Below, in pieces: positions 15,593 to 25,403 of a DNA stretch of 57,418 nucleotides (position 1 is the stretch's first letter; every line of letters starts with the position of its first letter). The position numbers were made by a program, and so were the translations under genes. The stretch comes from Candidatus Woesebacteria bacterium RIFCSPHIGHO2_01_FULL_38_10 (GTDB lineage Bacteria > Patescibacteriota > Microgenomatia > UBA8517). The stretch spans positions 3,653-61,070 of the forward strand of contig MGGC01000040.1 in assembly GCA_001792215.1 (NCBI GenBank). Direction: 5' to 3'. The notes under the pieces are model-generated. The model worked only from the letters and a program-made list of their open reading frames with translations. It was not told the origin of the DNA and did no database searches.

Positions 15593-17614
15593 TTAAATTT
15601 TAATCTTTAGCTCTCCATCCATTCTTAAAAAAAACTCCTCTTGCTTTTTACCAAGCGTAATTAAGTAGGATGGAGCGTCTTTTCCCGGCTGTTTTTGAAT
15701 ATAAAGTTTGTAAACCAGGCTAACTTTAAACGGCAATCTATATCTGGCAATGACTTTTACGATTCCCTGTGGTCTTAATTCAAAAAAACCAGCAAAAACA
15801 GTTTTACCCAACTCCTCATAAGGATTTTCCCGATCCTCAACTCCGGAAAACTCAATCAGCTCGCTGCCTTTGGGAACATAAATTCTTACCCAATTAGGCA
15901 ACAGCGAATTCAACCAGCCGTCGTATTTTTCTGGGTTGTTGTAAGTAATTGTAAGTGTTTTAACTACCGATCCATCTTTTCCGATCTCTACTTCCTGCAA
16001 TACCTCCTCTTTGACATAGAGGTTTGATTTTCTGCCTCCAAGATTTGCATCGTTGATAAAAAGAAAATCGTGCTGATAATTATCCTTTAACTTTCCTGCT
16101 ATCTCAAAGCTCTCGACAGCCGCCTGAGCCTTTTCATCCGTAAGATAAAAAAGCACATGCTTTTCAATCAATGATCTCAAGATAGCCTCAGCTAATTGGG
16201 GGATTTTATCTTTTGGCTGTCCAAGGGCGTTTGCTAAAACAGAATTCATTAAAGGACCAATAATTTTTTTTCTATTATCGTAATTGGGTGGAGCAAAAAC
16301 AATCTTTCCAGGTTCATTTTCACTCCAAACAACAGGCCCTTCAATATCAGCAAAACTTTCAAGTTCATAAATAACCTGCGGACAATTACAGTCTGAAATT
16401 ATCTTTGTACTAAATTCTCCATACCCGGGCACACCGATCGGCCCGATTACATTCAAAATATTCACTAAAAGCTGAGTGTCAACTCCAATCACCCCATCAA
16501 CATTTTTGATCCCCACTTTTTCTGCCTCTTGAGTAAAAAGACGCATTGACTCTTCAAAATCAGGAGACCAGTTTATGTCTCTTAAGCGGTACTTTCTGGA
16601 TAAAATATAAGGTCCTTTTAAATATTTAATTAAGGGCTCGGGCGCAGTCAGGCTTGGGGTATAGTGGGAATCTAAATTATAAATATCACTCGATTCAACA
16701 GCTTCAAATTTAGCGTTTTTTACTTTGGCTATCGAATAAGCTGTAATAAAGCCACCAGTTGGTCTTAATTCCTTATCATTCTGAAAAAGAATTAAATATT
16801 TTCTTTCTGAATCAACACCCAGAAGATAAGAAGACGCTTCAAGCAGGGGTTTACTTTTCTCAAGTAAATCACTGCCCAGAGAAATCAGTTCCATCACCTT
16901 TTCAATCCTTAATCTGATTTTTTTACCGGCCAGTTCTTCTGGGTAGTCAGTAGGATCAATTTCATCAATCTCTACCTTTACTAATTTTACCTTTTCAATC
17001 AATTTATCAGCCTTGGGAACAACCTCAGGGATAGTTTTAATTACAAAATCAAGCCTATCTTGGGCTGTTTCTTGACCGCTTTTTGCCTGTTCGGAATCCT
17101 TAACAAAACCTATTATATCGGAATAGGGTTCTACTACCTCCACAACTATCTTTAATGCTTCCAAACCATATGAAGCGCCGTTAAGCCCATGCTGACCGTC
17201 ATTAATGTATTCACCCAGCCAAGGTACAGATTTCATCCACAAGATGGTTTTATAGGCATTTTTCAGGTTTTGAAAAGATTTTTCAGTGTTTGCAAGTTCT
17301 TGTTTAACTTTATCTATATCTTGTTCCTCAAAAGCAAGTTTGAGGTTCAAAACTGAGGCTCCAACAACCTCTACCTTTTTGAAATAACTGTAAGCCCAAA
17401 TGCCACTTAGGGATATAAAAAAAAGAAATATCACAAGAACAATACCTCCCAGCCTCACCCATTTCTTCTGCCAAATTTTTTTCCTCATCGGCTTCCCTTC
17501 TTTCTCAGGAACATTAAGTTTCCCATCAGGATCAATTTTGGAAATGGGAATAAGAATAGAACCGCCAGGATCTTTAGACCCATCTTCCAGTCTTATCTGA
17601 TCTATATCATCCAT
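15593..17614 (-). CDS. DUF4012-like membrane-anchored extracytoplasmic protein
   Basis: 673 aa. One N-terminal TM (WVRLGGIVLVIFLFFISLSGIWAY). Motif NDKELRPTGGFITAYS, recalled as typical of DUF4012 proteins found beside polysaccharide loci. Confidence 0.6.
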   Translation of the reverse strand: MDDIDQIRLEDGSKDPGGSILIPISKIDPDGKLNVPEKEGKPMRKKIWQKKWVRLGGIVLVIFLFFISLSGIWAYSYFKKVEVVGASVLNLKLAFEEQDIDKVKQELANTEKSFQNLKNAYKTILWMKSVPWLGEYINDGQHGLNGASYGLEALKIVVEVVEPYSDIIGFVKDSEQAKSGQETAQDRLDFVIKTIPEVVPKADKLIEKVKLVKVEIDEIDPTDYPEELAGKKIRLRIEKVMELISLGSDLLEKSKPLLEASSYLLGVDSERKYLILFQNDKELRPTGGFITAYSIAKVKNAKFEAVESSDIYNLDSHYTPSLTAPEPLIKYLKGPYILSRKYRLRDINWSPDFEESMRLFTQEAEKVGIKNVDGVIGVDTQLLVNILNVIGPIGVPGYGEFSTKIISDCNCPQVIYELESFADIEGPVVWSENEPGKIVFAPPNYDNRKKIIGPLMNSVLANALGQPKDKIPQLAEAILRSLIEKHVLFYLTDEKAQAAVESFEIAGKLKDNYQHDFLFINDANLGGRKSNLYVKEEVLQEVEIGKDGSVVKTLTITYNNPEKYDGWLNSLLPNWVRIYVPKGSELIEFSGVEDRENPYEELGKTVFAGFFELRPQGIVKVIARYRLPFKVSLVYKLYIQKQPGKDAPSYLITLGKKQEEFFLRMDGELKIKI

Positions 17615-17635
17615 ACCTAAAATATATTACACCAC

Positions 17636-18289
17636 TCATATCGCCCCTTTTCCCGATATCATTACCCAAGGGGTCTTGAGAAGAATAAGGAAATCCAAAA
17701 AAAGCGATTTTTTCCTAGCATAATACGCATCCATCTCAATTCGTTTATCAAAATTAACTTCACTCCTTCCGGTAACCTGCCAGTATCCTGTTATACCTGG
17801 CCTTACCGTCAACATCTCCTTTACATATTTTTCTGTACCGGGAAACTTTCCCTGCTGCTCACTCAACTCTTCGGGCAAATATGGCCTTGGTCCAACTATG
17901 CTCATCTCCCCTTTTAGTACATTAATAAGTTGAGGAATTTCATCTATTGAGTGTTTCCTAATAAATTTTCCGACTTTGGTAATTCTGGAATCATTGAACG
18001 ATTTGTACTTACCACTCGTACGTTTTTCTATATAGACACTCCTAAATCTAGGATCTATCTTTTCTAATTTATCTGCATCAACCATCATTGATCGGAATTT
18101 GTATAACCTAAAAACTTTCCCGTTTTTACCCAATCTCTTCATATGAACATTGGTTTTTTCAACCAAGATAGGACCTGTTGAAGTTAATTTTATTAGAACT
18201 GCGGAAACTAGTATGATCGGAGAAAAAAAGATCAGAAGTAGAATCGACCCGACTACATCAGTTAGTCTTTTGATAGTTGCGTAAAACAT
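17636..18289 (-). CDS. Polyprenyl-phosphate phosphoglycosyl transferase (small monotopic PGT, WbaP/PglC-like)
   Basis: Motifs KRLTDVVGS, YKFRSM, DEIPQLINVLKGEMSIVGPRP. The track start at 18355 overlaps manC; the ATG at 18289 (MFYATIKRL) fits the family N-terminus. Confidence 0.85.
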   Translation of the reverse strand: MFYATIKRLTDVVGSILLLIFFSPIILVSAVLIKLTSTGPILVEKTNVHMKRLGKNGKVFRLYKFRSMMVDADKLEKIDPRFRSVYIEKRTSGKYKSFNDSRITKVGKFIRKHSIDEIPQLINVLKGEMSIVGPRPYLPEELSEQQGKFPGTEKYVKEMLTVRPGITGYWQVTGRSEVNFDKRIEMDAYYARKKSLFLDFLILLKTPWVMISGKGAI

Positions 18290-18335
18290 ATCCAGGCAGG
18301 CAATTATACAACTATATAACAAACTTGAGCATTCT

Positions 18336-19460
18336 TCAGAGATACTCTTTTTCACTCTTTTGTTTTAGTTGTTCAACAATTTTTTTTACATTTTGGGCCT
18401 TACTCTTAGAGCAGATCAATAAAGCATCGTCCGTATCAACAACAATAATATTATCAACATCGATTATTGCAATGAGCCTTCCGTCTGTATGAATCAGTGC
18501 GTCTGAAGTATCAAGATTAATGACTTCACCACCGGGAGCATCACCATCTATAACAACATTACCGTACTCGTCCTTAGTCAAATTCTTCCAAACCTCATTC
18601 CAATCCCCTATATCCGTCCATTCATAGTCAGCAACAAGCATTAAGAAGTTTTTCGCTTTTTCAGATACTGCGTAATCGACAGAAATCTTTGGCATCAGGT
18701 TGTAATACTTTTCCAACACTTGTTTCTCTTTTTTTGTCCCAATAAATTTGCCTATCATCATCAAATTTTTATATATTTCAGGCTGGTAGTTTGAAAGAGC
18801 TTGCAGAAACGAATCCGCCTTCCAAACATATTGGTTTGCATTCCAGAAATAATTTCCCGAAGAGGTATACCTTTTGGCTTGAGGTAAAGGAGGTTTCTCA
18901 ACAAATTTGTCTAACTTGTAAACAATCTTTCCTTCGACTGTCTTTATTTTCTTTCCCCTTCTGATATGCCCCATACCGGTATGGGGATAACTGGGCCGCA
19001 CCCCGACTGCAACCAAAAAATTCCCCTCGTAGGCCACACAAGATGCGGCGTACATTATTTTTTTATAATTTTTTTCAGGACGGATAAAATGATCAGAAGC
19101 TGCGTTAATTATTACAGCCTGATCATCCTTTTTATAAATATGCAAAGCCCCCAATCCATGAGCCGGGGCTGTATCTCTGCGAGCCGGCTCGACAATAATA
19201 TGATTTTTGGGTACAGACGGAAGAAGGCGTTTTATCTCTATCTCGTATTTTATCGTTGCGGTTGATATAAAAATTCTCTCCCAAGGCAAAAACTTTCTCA
19301 GCCGTTCAATAGTAATCTCAAGAAGAGTTTTATTTCCGAAAAGTTTCAGAAATTGTTTTGGGGTTTTATCTCTTGATCTGGGCCAAAGCCTTGTCCCTCC
19401 ACCACCAGCCATTACTAAAGCGTATAAATGATCTTTATAACTTTTTGCGGACATTTCCAA
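18336..19460 (-). CDS. manC: Mannose-1-phosphate guanylyltransferase-like NDP-sugar pyrophosphorylase
   Basis: 374 aa. N-terminal ALVMAGGGGTRLWPRSRDKTPKQFL. Confidence 0.8.
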   Translation of the reverse strand: MEMSAKSYKDHLYALVMAGGGGTRLWPRSRDKTPKQFLKLFGNKTLLEITIERLRKFLPWERIFISTATIKYEIEIKRLLPSVPKNHIIVEPARRDTAPAHGLGALHIYKKDDQAVIINAASDHFIRPEKNYKKIMYAASCVAYEGNFLVAVGVRPSYPHTGMGHIRRGKKIKTVEGKIVYKLDKFVEKPPLPQAKRYTSSGNYFWNANQYVWKADSFLQALSNYQPEIYKNLMMIGKFIGTKKEKQVLEKYYNLMPKISVDYAVSEKAKNFLMLVADYEWTDIGDWNEVWKNLTKDEYGNVVIDGDAPGGEVINLDTSDALIHTDGRLIAIIDVDNIIVVDTDDALLICSKSKAQNVKKIVEQLKQKSEKEYL

Positions 19461-20631
19461 TAACCTTTAAAAATTCTTTCTTAAACTTTTTTTCTGTAAA
19501 CCTTTTTGCATTTCTAAGTAATTCATTTCTACTAAATTTCAGTTTTTCAAACCGGTTAATTGCAGATATTAAACTTTTTTTATCCTGTTTGTCAAAAAAT
19601 ATACCCGTTTTAGTGTCGATTACAGTATCAAGTGCGCCACCCACTCCGTATGCTATCACCGAACACCCTGCAGCCTGTGCTTCAACAGAAACCAGACCAA
19701 AATCCTCTTCCTGCGGAAAAATTAAAGCGCGCGCATTCTGATAGTAACCTGCGAGTTCGCTATCTGTCAAATTCTTCACAAATTTAATATTTCTGCCTGC
19801 CATCTTTTTTAATCTTCCCTCTTCTTTTCCGGAACCGACAATAATTAACCTATGTCCAAGTTCATTAAGCGCTTCAATCACCAAATCCACTCTTTTATAC
19901 TTCACAAGCCGGGAGACAACCAGATAAAACCCTTTACTTTTACTATCCCTTCTCCTTCTCATTCTTCCCTGATGTGTCAAGGACATTCCACCCTTAGAGT
20001 GGAATAGGTACGACACCTCAGGATTCTGCCGATCTCTATCCACGGAACTATCTCCAAACACAGACCTTTTGAAACTAAGTGGTGGAAATATCAGTTTTAC
20101 CTCCCTGGCGTAATACTTCCTAATTCTTTCTCTAACCGCTAACGAAATTGCAACCATTTCATCCGGTCTTTGGGCAGCAATTAAATCCCAATGTTTAAGA
20201 TAGAAAACCAGCGGTTTTGTTACAGCCCTAAAAACCGCATTTTTAAAATAAAGCTCATAATGGCTCCATAGGTAACGCGTAGGCGTAAGACAGTAGCAAA
20301 CATGTAAAGTTCCCGGTTTTGTAATTACCCCCTTTGCCGCCTCCGAGGTCACAGAAATTACCAAATCATAACCAGAAAAATCAAACGATTCGAAAGCCAA
20401 AGACATCAAAGGCGCCAGTAATTCATGCCTGTCCCGCAGAAATGAAAACTTTTGTAAAAAACTGGGAATTACTTCGGGGAAAACATTCGCCCAAGGAGCT
20501 TTTTCTCGAGAATAGACAGAAGTATAAAGAGGCGCATCTGGAAACATTTCATGAAGCATTAAAAGAACTCTTTCCGCTCCACCCCATTTATTTACCCGAT
20601 CATAAACCAGAGCAACTTTATCATATTGCAT
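19435..20631 (-). CDS. GT4 (group 1) glycosyltransferase carrying a repeat-derived inter-domain insertion
   Basis: 398 aa. Has GGAERV near the N-terminus and the C-terminal EEDFGLVSVEAQAAG motif. The linker DRDRQNPEVSYLFHSKGGMSLTHQGRMRRRRDSKSK is encoded by and around repeat copy B. Confidence 0.8.
   Translation of the reverse strand: MQYDKVALVYDRVNKWGGAERVLLMLHEMFPDAPLYTSVYSREKAPWANVFPEVIPSFLQKFSFLRDRHELLAPLMSLAFESFDFSGYDLVISVTSEAAKGVITKPGTLHVCYCLTPTRYLWSHYELYFKNAVFRAVTKPLVFYLKHWDLIAAQRPDEMVAISLAVRERIRKYYAREVKLIFPPLSFKRSVFGDSSVDRDRQNPEVSYLFHSKGGMSLTHQGRMRRRRDSKSKGFYLVVSRLVKYKRVDLVIEALNELGHRLIIVGSGKEEGRLKKMAGRNIKFVKNLTDSELAGYYQNARALIFPQEEDFGLVSVEAQAAGCSVIAYGVGGALDTVIDTKTGIFFDKQDKKSLISAINRFEKLKFSRNELLRNAKRFTEKKFKKEFLKVIGNVRKKL
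19968..20022. repeat. Hairpin repeat family 2, copy B, inside a coding sequence
   Basis: CCTGATGTGTC...CCACCCttagaGTGG...GACACCTCAGG. The outer arms are complementary with 1 mismatch. It aligns as the reverse complement of 36605..36660. Confidence 0.65.
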
Positions 20632-20643
20632 ACCTAAAAATAT

Positions 20644-21819
20644 TTATATCTGAGTCCTAACAGGCCTCGGATAGTCGCTTAAGACATTATATATATCTAA
20701 CGTTTGCTTTGCCATTTTTTCCCAGGAATATTTTTTAATAAACTTTTGGCTTTTTTTGATAAGCTCTATGCGCTTGCCTTTTTCCATTCCCAAAGCATCT
20801 TTCATAGCCCCCTCAATTGAATAAAAGTCGTTGGGGTTAAAATACAATGCATTTCCCTTATAAACTTCTTTGAAAGTGGGAATGTTTGAAGCCAAGACTA
20901 AGGTCCCTGCGGCCATTGCCTCTAAACCCTGAAGTCCAAACCCTTCTGATAAAGATGGATAAATAAAGCCGATAGAATTTTGATATAAACTTACCAATTC
21001 TTCATCACTGACAAACCCCAAAAACCTAACAAACTTACCGGCGTTTTCCTCTCTTACCCATTTCTCAATTCTTTTGGAAAAGATATCTTTCGAACCGACA
21101 ATCACAAAACTTGCCCTTTTCACAAATTTTTCATTCAAATTGCTAACCGCCTTAATAACTCTTTTTAAATTCTTATGAGGATACGCATTTCCTGTATAAA
21201 TAAAATAATCTCCTTTTAGTTCATAATCAAATTTTTTGCCTGTCTTTGCCTTCAAATATGTAGGATCATATCCTTCATATATCTGAACTACTTTATCTTT
21301 ATTTAGATTAAAATTTTCAACCAATTCTTTCTTGACCGACTTAGAAGGTGTGATTATTTTCACACTATCTTTCACTGCTTTTCTAAAAATCAATTTATAG
21401 GGTAATCTCTTGAATAAATAAAAGAGAGTGGGTAAATTAGTTGCGCTGATTCCTTGTTTGTGCATGGTTATATCATGAATTGTTACCACGAATCTTTCTT
21501 TGCAAAAGAAAGGTATATTGAAATGAGGAAAATGAACAAGATCAGGATTCTCTGCCCTGAGAATCTTCGGTAAGTAAATTTGTTCTTGGAAAGAGTAATG
21601 CCTGAAGTCAGCCAGGACTTTTTTCCAATTTTTTGGAAGTTTTAGTAAATCCTTATTTAAAAAACGATCAGACTTTACCTGAAAGTATTTCTTTCTAAGA
21701 AGAAGGATATAGTTGTTCTCTTCATCGATCTTACTAATCTCCTTAATTAAATTTATTAGATATCTTCCAATTCCAGAATGCTCTAGCCCATATAATCTCG
21801 CATCAATTAAAATTTTCAT
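20644..21819 (-). CDS. GT4 glycosyltransferase
   Basis: 391 aa. KILIDAR...SGIGRY N-terminus; PSLSEGFGLQGLEAMAAG motif. Confidence 0.8.
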   Translation of the reverse strand: MKILIDARLYGLEHSGIGRYLINLIKEISKIDEENNYILLLRKKYFQVKSDRFLNKDLLKLPKNWKKVLADFRHYSFQEQIYLPKILRAENPDLVHFPHFNIPFFCKERFVVTIHDITMHKQGISATNLPTLFYLFKRLPYKLIFRKAVKDSVKIITPSKSVKKELVENFNLNKDKVVQIYEGYDPTYLKAKTGKKFDYELKGDYFIYTGNAYPHKNLKRVIKAVSNLNEKFVKRASFVIVGSKDIFSKRIEKWVREENAGKFVRFLGFVSDEELVSLYQNSIGFIYPSLSEGFGLQGLEAMAAGTLVLASNIPTFKEVYKGNALYFNPNDFYSIEGAMKDALGMEKGKRIELIKKSQKFIKKYSWEKMAKQTLDIYNVLSDYPRPVRTQI

Positions 21820-21830
21820 GACAGATGAAA

Positions 21831-22751
21831 CTAGCCTGAAATCAGAACTTTAATTATCCGAATAAATTTCAGAGCCTTTACACCTATAAGAACAATAATT
21901 ATCAAGGGAAGGGGGTATTCATTCCAAAGTCTTTTTTTAATAAAAATCTCCATCGAGTTAACTCCTGCCATCCTGTATTTAAGTTTTTCTGAAAATGAAA
22001 CGCTTCTTAACTTCTTGCCGCCCAATGAAGCATTTTTACCCTTGCTTGCACCTTTTAAATGAAGAATAGAGACCAAAGGATAATAAATAATCTTCCAGCC
22101 TTTCTTCTTGATCTTCCAACAAAGATCTATATCTTCGCCATCCAAAAAGTACTCTTCATCAAACCAACCAACCTGATCTAAAACTTTCCTTCTGGTCAAG
22201 AAAAAGGCTCCTTGGATAGCATCAACTTCATGAATTTCATCTTCAGGCATAAAACCGTACCAATATTTTGCCAAAAATTTTGATTTAGGAAAAACCCTAT
22301 CAAGTTTCAAAAAAATATGAATAAAACCGATCCAGGGAGTTATAAAAGATCGCCTGGCATCTTTATCGAGTCTTCCGTCGAGAAGCAGGATCTTACAAGT
22401 CAGAGCACCAATACTTTTGTGTTCATCCAAATACTTAACCACTTTTTTCAAAGTATTCTTCCTAAGCTTTGTATCAGAATTCAAAAACAACACATATTCT
22501 CCCTTACAGTAATCCTTAGCTTCATTGTTACCCTTAGCAAAACCTAAATTTTCCTTATTTTCTATTAAGCTAACCTCGGGAAAATATCTTTTAATCATCT
22601 GACAACTTGCATCAGTTGACCCATTGTCAACAACAATAATTTGGGCTTCAACTTCATCTAGCCTTTTTTGAATGGATAAAAGACAGTTTTTCAAAAGGGC
22701 TTTTGTATTAAAATTTAAAATTATAATTGAAAGTTTGAATTCCCTACCCAT
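21831..22751 (-). CDS. GT2 glycosyltransferase
   Basis: 306 aa. LSIIILNFN, VVDNGSTD, LNSDT, GAFFL, DGEDIDLC. Confidence 0.85.
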   Translation of the reverse strand: MGREFKLSIIILNFNTKALLKNCLLSIQKRLDEVEAQIIVVDNGSTDASCQMIKRYFPEVSLIENKENLGFAKGNNEAKDYCKGEYVLFLNSDTKLRKNTLKKVVKYLDEHKSIGALTCKILLLDGRLDKDARRSFITPWIGFIHIFLKLDRVFPKSKFLAKYWYGFMPEDEIHEVDAIQGAFFLTRRKVLDQVGWFDEEYFLDGEDIDLCWKIKKKGWKIIYYPLVSILHLKGASKGKNASLGGKKLRSVSFSEKLKYRMAGVNSMEIFIKKRLWNEYPLPLIIIVLIGVKALKFIRIIKVLISG

Positions 22752-23943
22752 TTTTTACAAGCTCATCATATAAAGGTTTATGAAGGTTAACTATTGCCTG
22801 CCAATCAAACTTTTCTTTAACAAATTTTCTTCCAGCTTCTCCTATCTTTCTTGCCAACTTTTTTCCCCTGATAATTTTAATTACCGCCTCTGCCAATTCT
22901 TGTGTAGAATCACAAATTAAAGCATGCTTACCGTTTATTAAACCCAACCCCGATACTCCTATTGAAGTAGAGACAACAGGAAGTCCTGCAGCCATAGCTT
23001 CCAATATCTTAAGTCTTGTTCCGCCACCCCCCCTTATTGGAGCAACCATTACAGTTGCAGACAAGTAGGCATCTCTGGCCTCCTTAATTGATTCGGTTAC
23101 CTCTATATCATTTCTTTTAAAGGACAATTGAACAATTTCTATCGGTATCTTTCTGCCTACAATCCAAAGCTTCAATTCTGGTTCATTCGCATGGATCTCA
23201 GGCCAAACCTTATCTATCAACAACTCCACAGCCTCTACATTCTGCAACCACTCGAAGTTTGTAACTCCATACAATACCCTGACTGGATCCTTCTTTTTAA
23301 CCACTTTGGCAGCGTAAAAACTTGTATCTACACCGTTGGGAATTATATCGACTTTAACTGTCGGGATTAACTTTTGCATCACTTTTTTATCTTCATCTGA
23401 TACTGCCACTAATCTATCGGCCTTTCTCCAGTAATATTTTTCCCAAAATCTAAGTTTAACCACATCCAGCATATAAAAAGGTTTAAGAAAAAGAGGAACT
23501 TTTTTATCTACATAACGCTTATAAACTAAATATTCAATTGTCTGCTCAACCAAAATAATCGGGATTTTAGTCTTTGGGATGTGCGGCATAACATAAAAAG
23601 CCTCCGCATGAATCAGGTCGTATTTTTTTCTTTGCAACTCATTTTTTATTGTCTGTCTTTCACTGAAAGAAAAATTTCTGATGACAACCAGAGGGTAAAG
23701 ACCTAATTCCGCCAGGAAAATATTTTTTAAACTCCAGGGTGACTTGGAACGTCTAAACACTCTTACATCTTTACAATACTTTTTAAGATCGGGAATAAAT
23801 TTTTTTTCCGTGTCGTCTTTTATCATCGAAAAAAGAGTTATATCGTGTTTTTTGGACATAAATTTTATTATGTTGTACCAGCGGGTCTGCCCGCCTGAGG
23901 TGTGGGTATTGGGCAAGAAAGGAACGAGCATTAAAATTCTCAT
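22744..23943 (-). CDS. GT4 glycosyltransferase
   Basis: 399 aa. C-terminal GGGTRLKILEAMAAGLPVVST. Confidence 0.8.
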   Translation of the reverse strand: MRILMLVPFLPNTHTSGGQTRWYNIIKFMSKKHDITLFSMIKDDTEKKFIPDLKKYCKDVRVFRRSKSPWSLKNIFLAELGLYPLVVIRNFSFSERQTIKNELQRKKYDLIHAEAFYVMPHIPKTKIPIILVEQTIEYLVYKRYVDKKVPLFLKPFYMLDVVKLRFWEKYYWRKADRLVAVSDEDKKVMQKLIPTVKVDIIPNGVDTSFYAAKVVKKKDPVRVLYGVTNFEWLQNVEAVELLIDKVWPEIHANEPELKLWIVGRKIPIEIVQLSFKRNDIEVTESIKEARDAYLSATVMVAPIRGGGGTRLKILEAMAAGLPVVSTSIGVSGLGLINGKHALICDSTQELAEAVIKIIRGKKLARKIGEAGRKFVKEKFDWQAIVNLHKPLYDELVKNG

Positions 23944-25403
23944 TTTACTCGAGATAAATCAAGAATGATGTAATTTTCAGTTTCCTCAAGGGTTTCAAAT
24001 ATTTCCATAAACTCTTTAGTCTGTGCATCATAGTTGACTGATAGATAATAATCAGCCCCATTTTTTATTAATTCCTGAATAGGCCGATCAACGTACGGCC
24101 AGCCCCAACGGCCAGTTTGATAAAGTAAAGCGGTATCTCCATTATAAGGAGCAACAATTAATGAGTCTTTGGTCGTTAGTCTATCAACAGCTATCCCAGA
24201 TTCAATAATCTCTGGGTGATTGATTTTATAGAATTCTTTAACCTGAAGACCTCCTGTAAAAAACATAACCATTAAGGAAAATACCAATAAAATCCTTGTA
24301 ATCTTTTTATCGTACCCACCTTGTTCCCAAAAATTTACCACTCCCTGAGCCAAAACAAGACATATCGCAGGAATAATTATCGTCTGATAATAATCGTGCA
24401 TCACATTAGCAGATGCCACAATTAAAAGGTAAAAAAAAGATCCAATAAAAAAGAAGTGATTGAAATATTCTCCTTTTGGTTTTTTTAGGAGCCCAAAAGA
24501 AAACGGTATCAACCCCCATGAACCCAAAATCAAATGTCCCACTCTTTCCCCAAATATCCATCTCCAAAAAGATGGCTTAAAACGGATCTTATTTCCATTA
24601 AACGCCCATTTCCAAAAGGGTATCCCTTCCGGAAATTTACTCATCCATCCTCGCCAAAATAAAAATGGCAAAATAGTAATTAGGGAAAATACAAAAAAAT
24701 GAATAAATAATTTGGAATTTTTTACTAAACTTTTAAGACCGTACTTTCTAAGGACAAGGTAAATCATGGGAATCGAGTAAAAAAGGGTAAATGGTTTCGT
24801 CAAGATTGCCAAAGAAAGACTAATTGCAGCAAGGTAAAAAAAGGAAAAATTGCCCCTGTCAATAAATTTGACAAAGAGCCAGACAGATATTAAAGCAAAA
24901 GTGACAGACAAGGGCTCAGGTAAAATCACTCTAGAAAAATAAATATTAAAAGGAATCAGGGAAAAAAAGAAGGATGCAATTAAACCTCCCCATCTGTCTA
25001 TAAATCTTCTGCCAATTAAATAAATAAAAAAGGTTGAAATCAGTGAAGAAAATATCGAAAGCAGCCTTCCCCAAACTTCTAAATTTAAAAAAGGAAAGTT
25101 TAAAAATAATAAAGAATGGATCAGATTATAAATCGGAAACTCAACGAATCTATAACCTTGAGGATTAAAATAGCCTGTCTGGATGGTAGAAATATCATGA
25201 TAACGAGGAAGTAGAATATTAATTCCTTGTTCAACGTATGTCCTGGAAACTGAGGAAGTATCTGCCTGACGCCAGGAATGCCAATCGGCAATAGGATTGT
25301 TAATTTTGTACAATCTGGCAAATAAGAATAATAATATTATAATTGATAGTATTAAATATTCGAAATATTGGCGATGAAATACTCGATTAATTTTCTTGAA
25401 CAT
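23940..25403 (-). CDS. GT-C fold polytopic glycosyltransferase (ArnT/PMT, GT39/GT83-like)
   Basis: 487 aa, ~11 hydrophobic segments. N-terminal loop motif DWHSWRQADTSSVSRTY. Confidence 0.7.
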   Translation of the reverse strand: MFKKINRVFHRQYFEYLILSIIILLFLFARLYKINNPIADWHSWRQADTSSVSRTYVEQGINILLPRYHDISTIQTGYFNPQGYRFVEFPIYNLIHSLLFLNFPFLNLEVWGRLLSIFSSLISTFFIYLIGRRFIDRWGGLIASFFFSLIPFNIYFSRVILPEPLSVTFALISVWLFVKFIDRGNFSFFYLAAISLSLAILTKPFTLFYSIPMIYLVLRKYGLKSLVKNSKLFIHFFVFSLITILPFLFWRGWMSKFPEGIPFWKWAFNGNKIRFKPSFWRWIFGERVGHLILGSWGLIPFSFGLLKKPKGEYFNHFFFIGSFFYLLIVASANVMHDYYQTIIIPAICLVLAQGVVNFWEQGGYDKKITRILLVFSLMVMFFTGGLQVKEFYKINHPEIIESGIAVDRLTTKDSLIVAPYNGDTALLYQTGRWGWPYVDRPIQELIKNGADYYLSVNYDAQTKEFMEIFETLEETENYIILDLSRVK

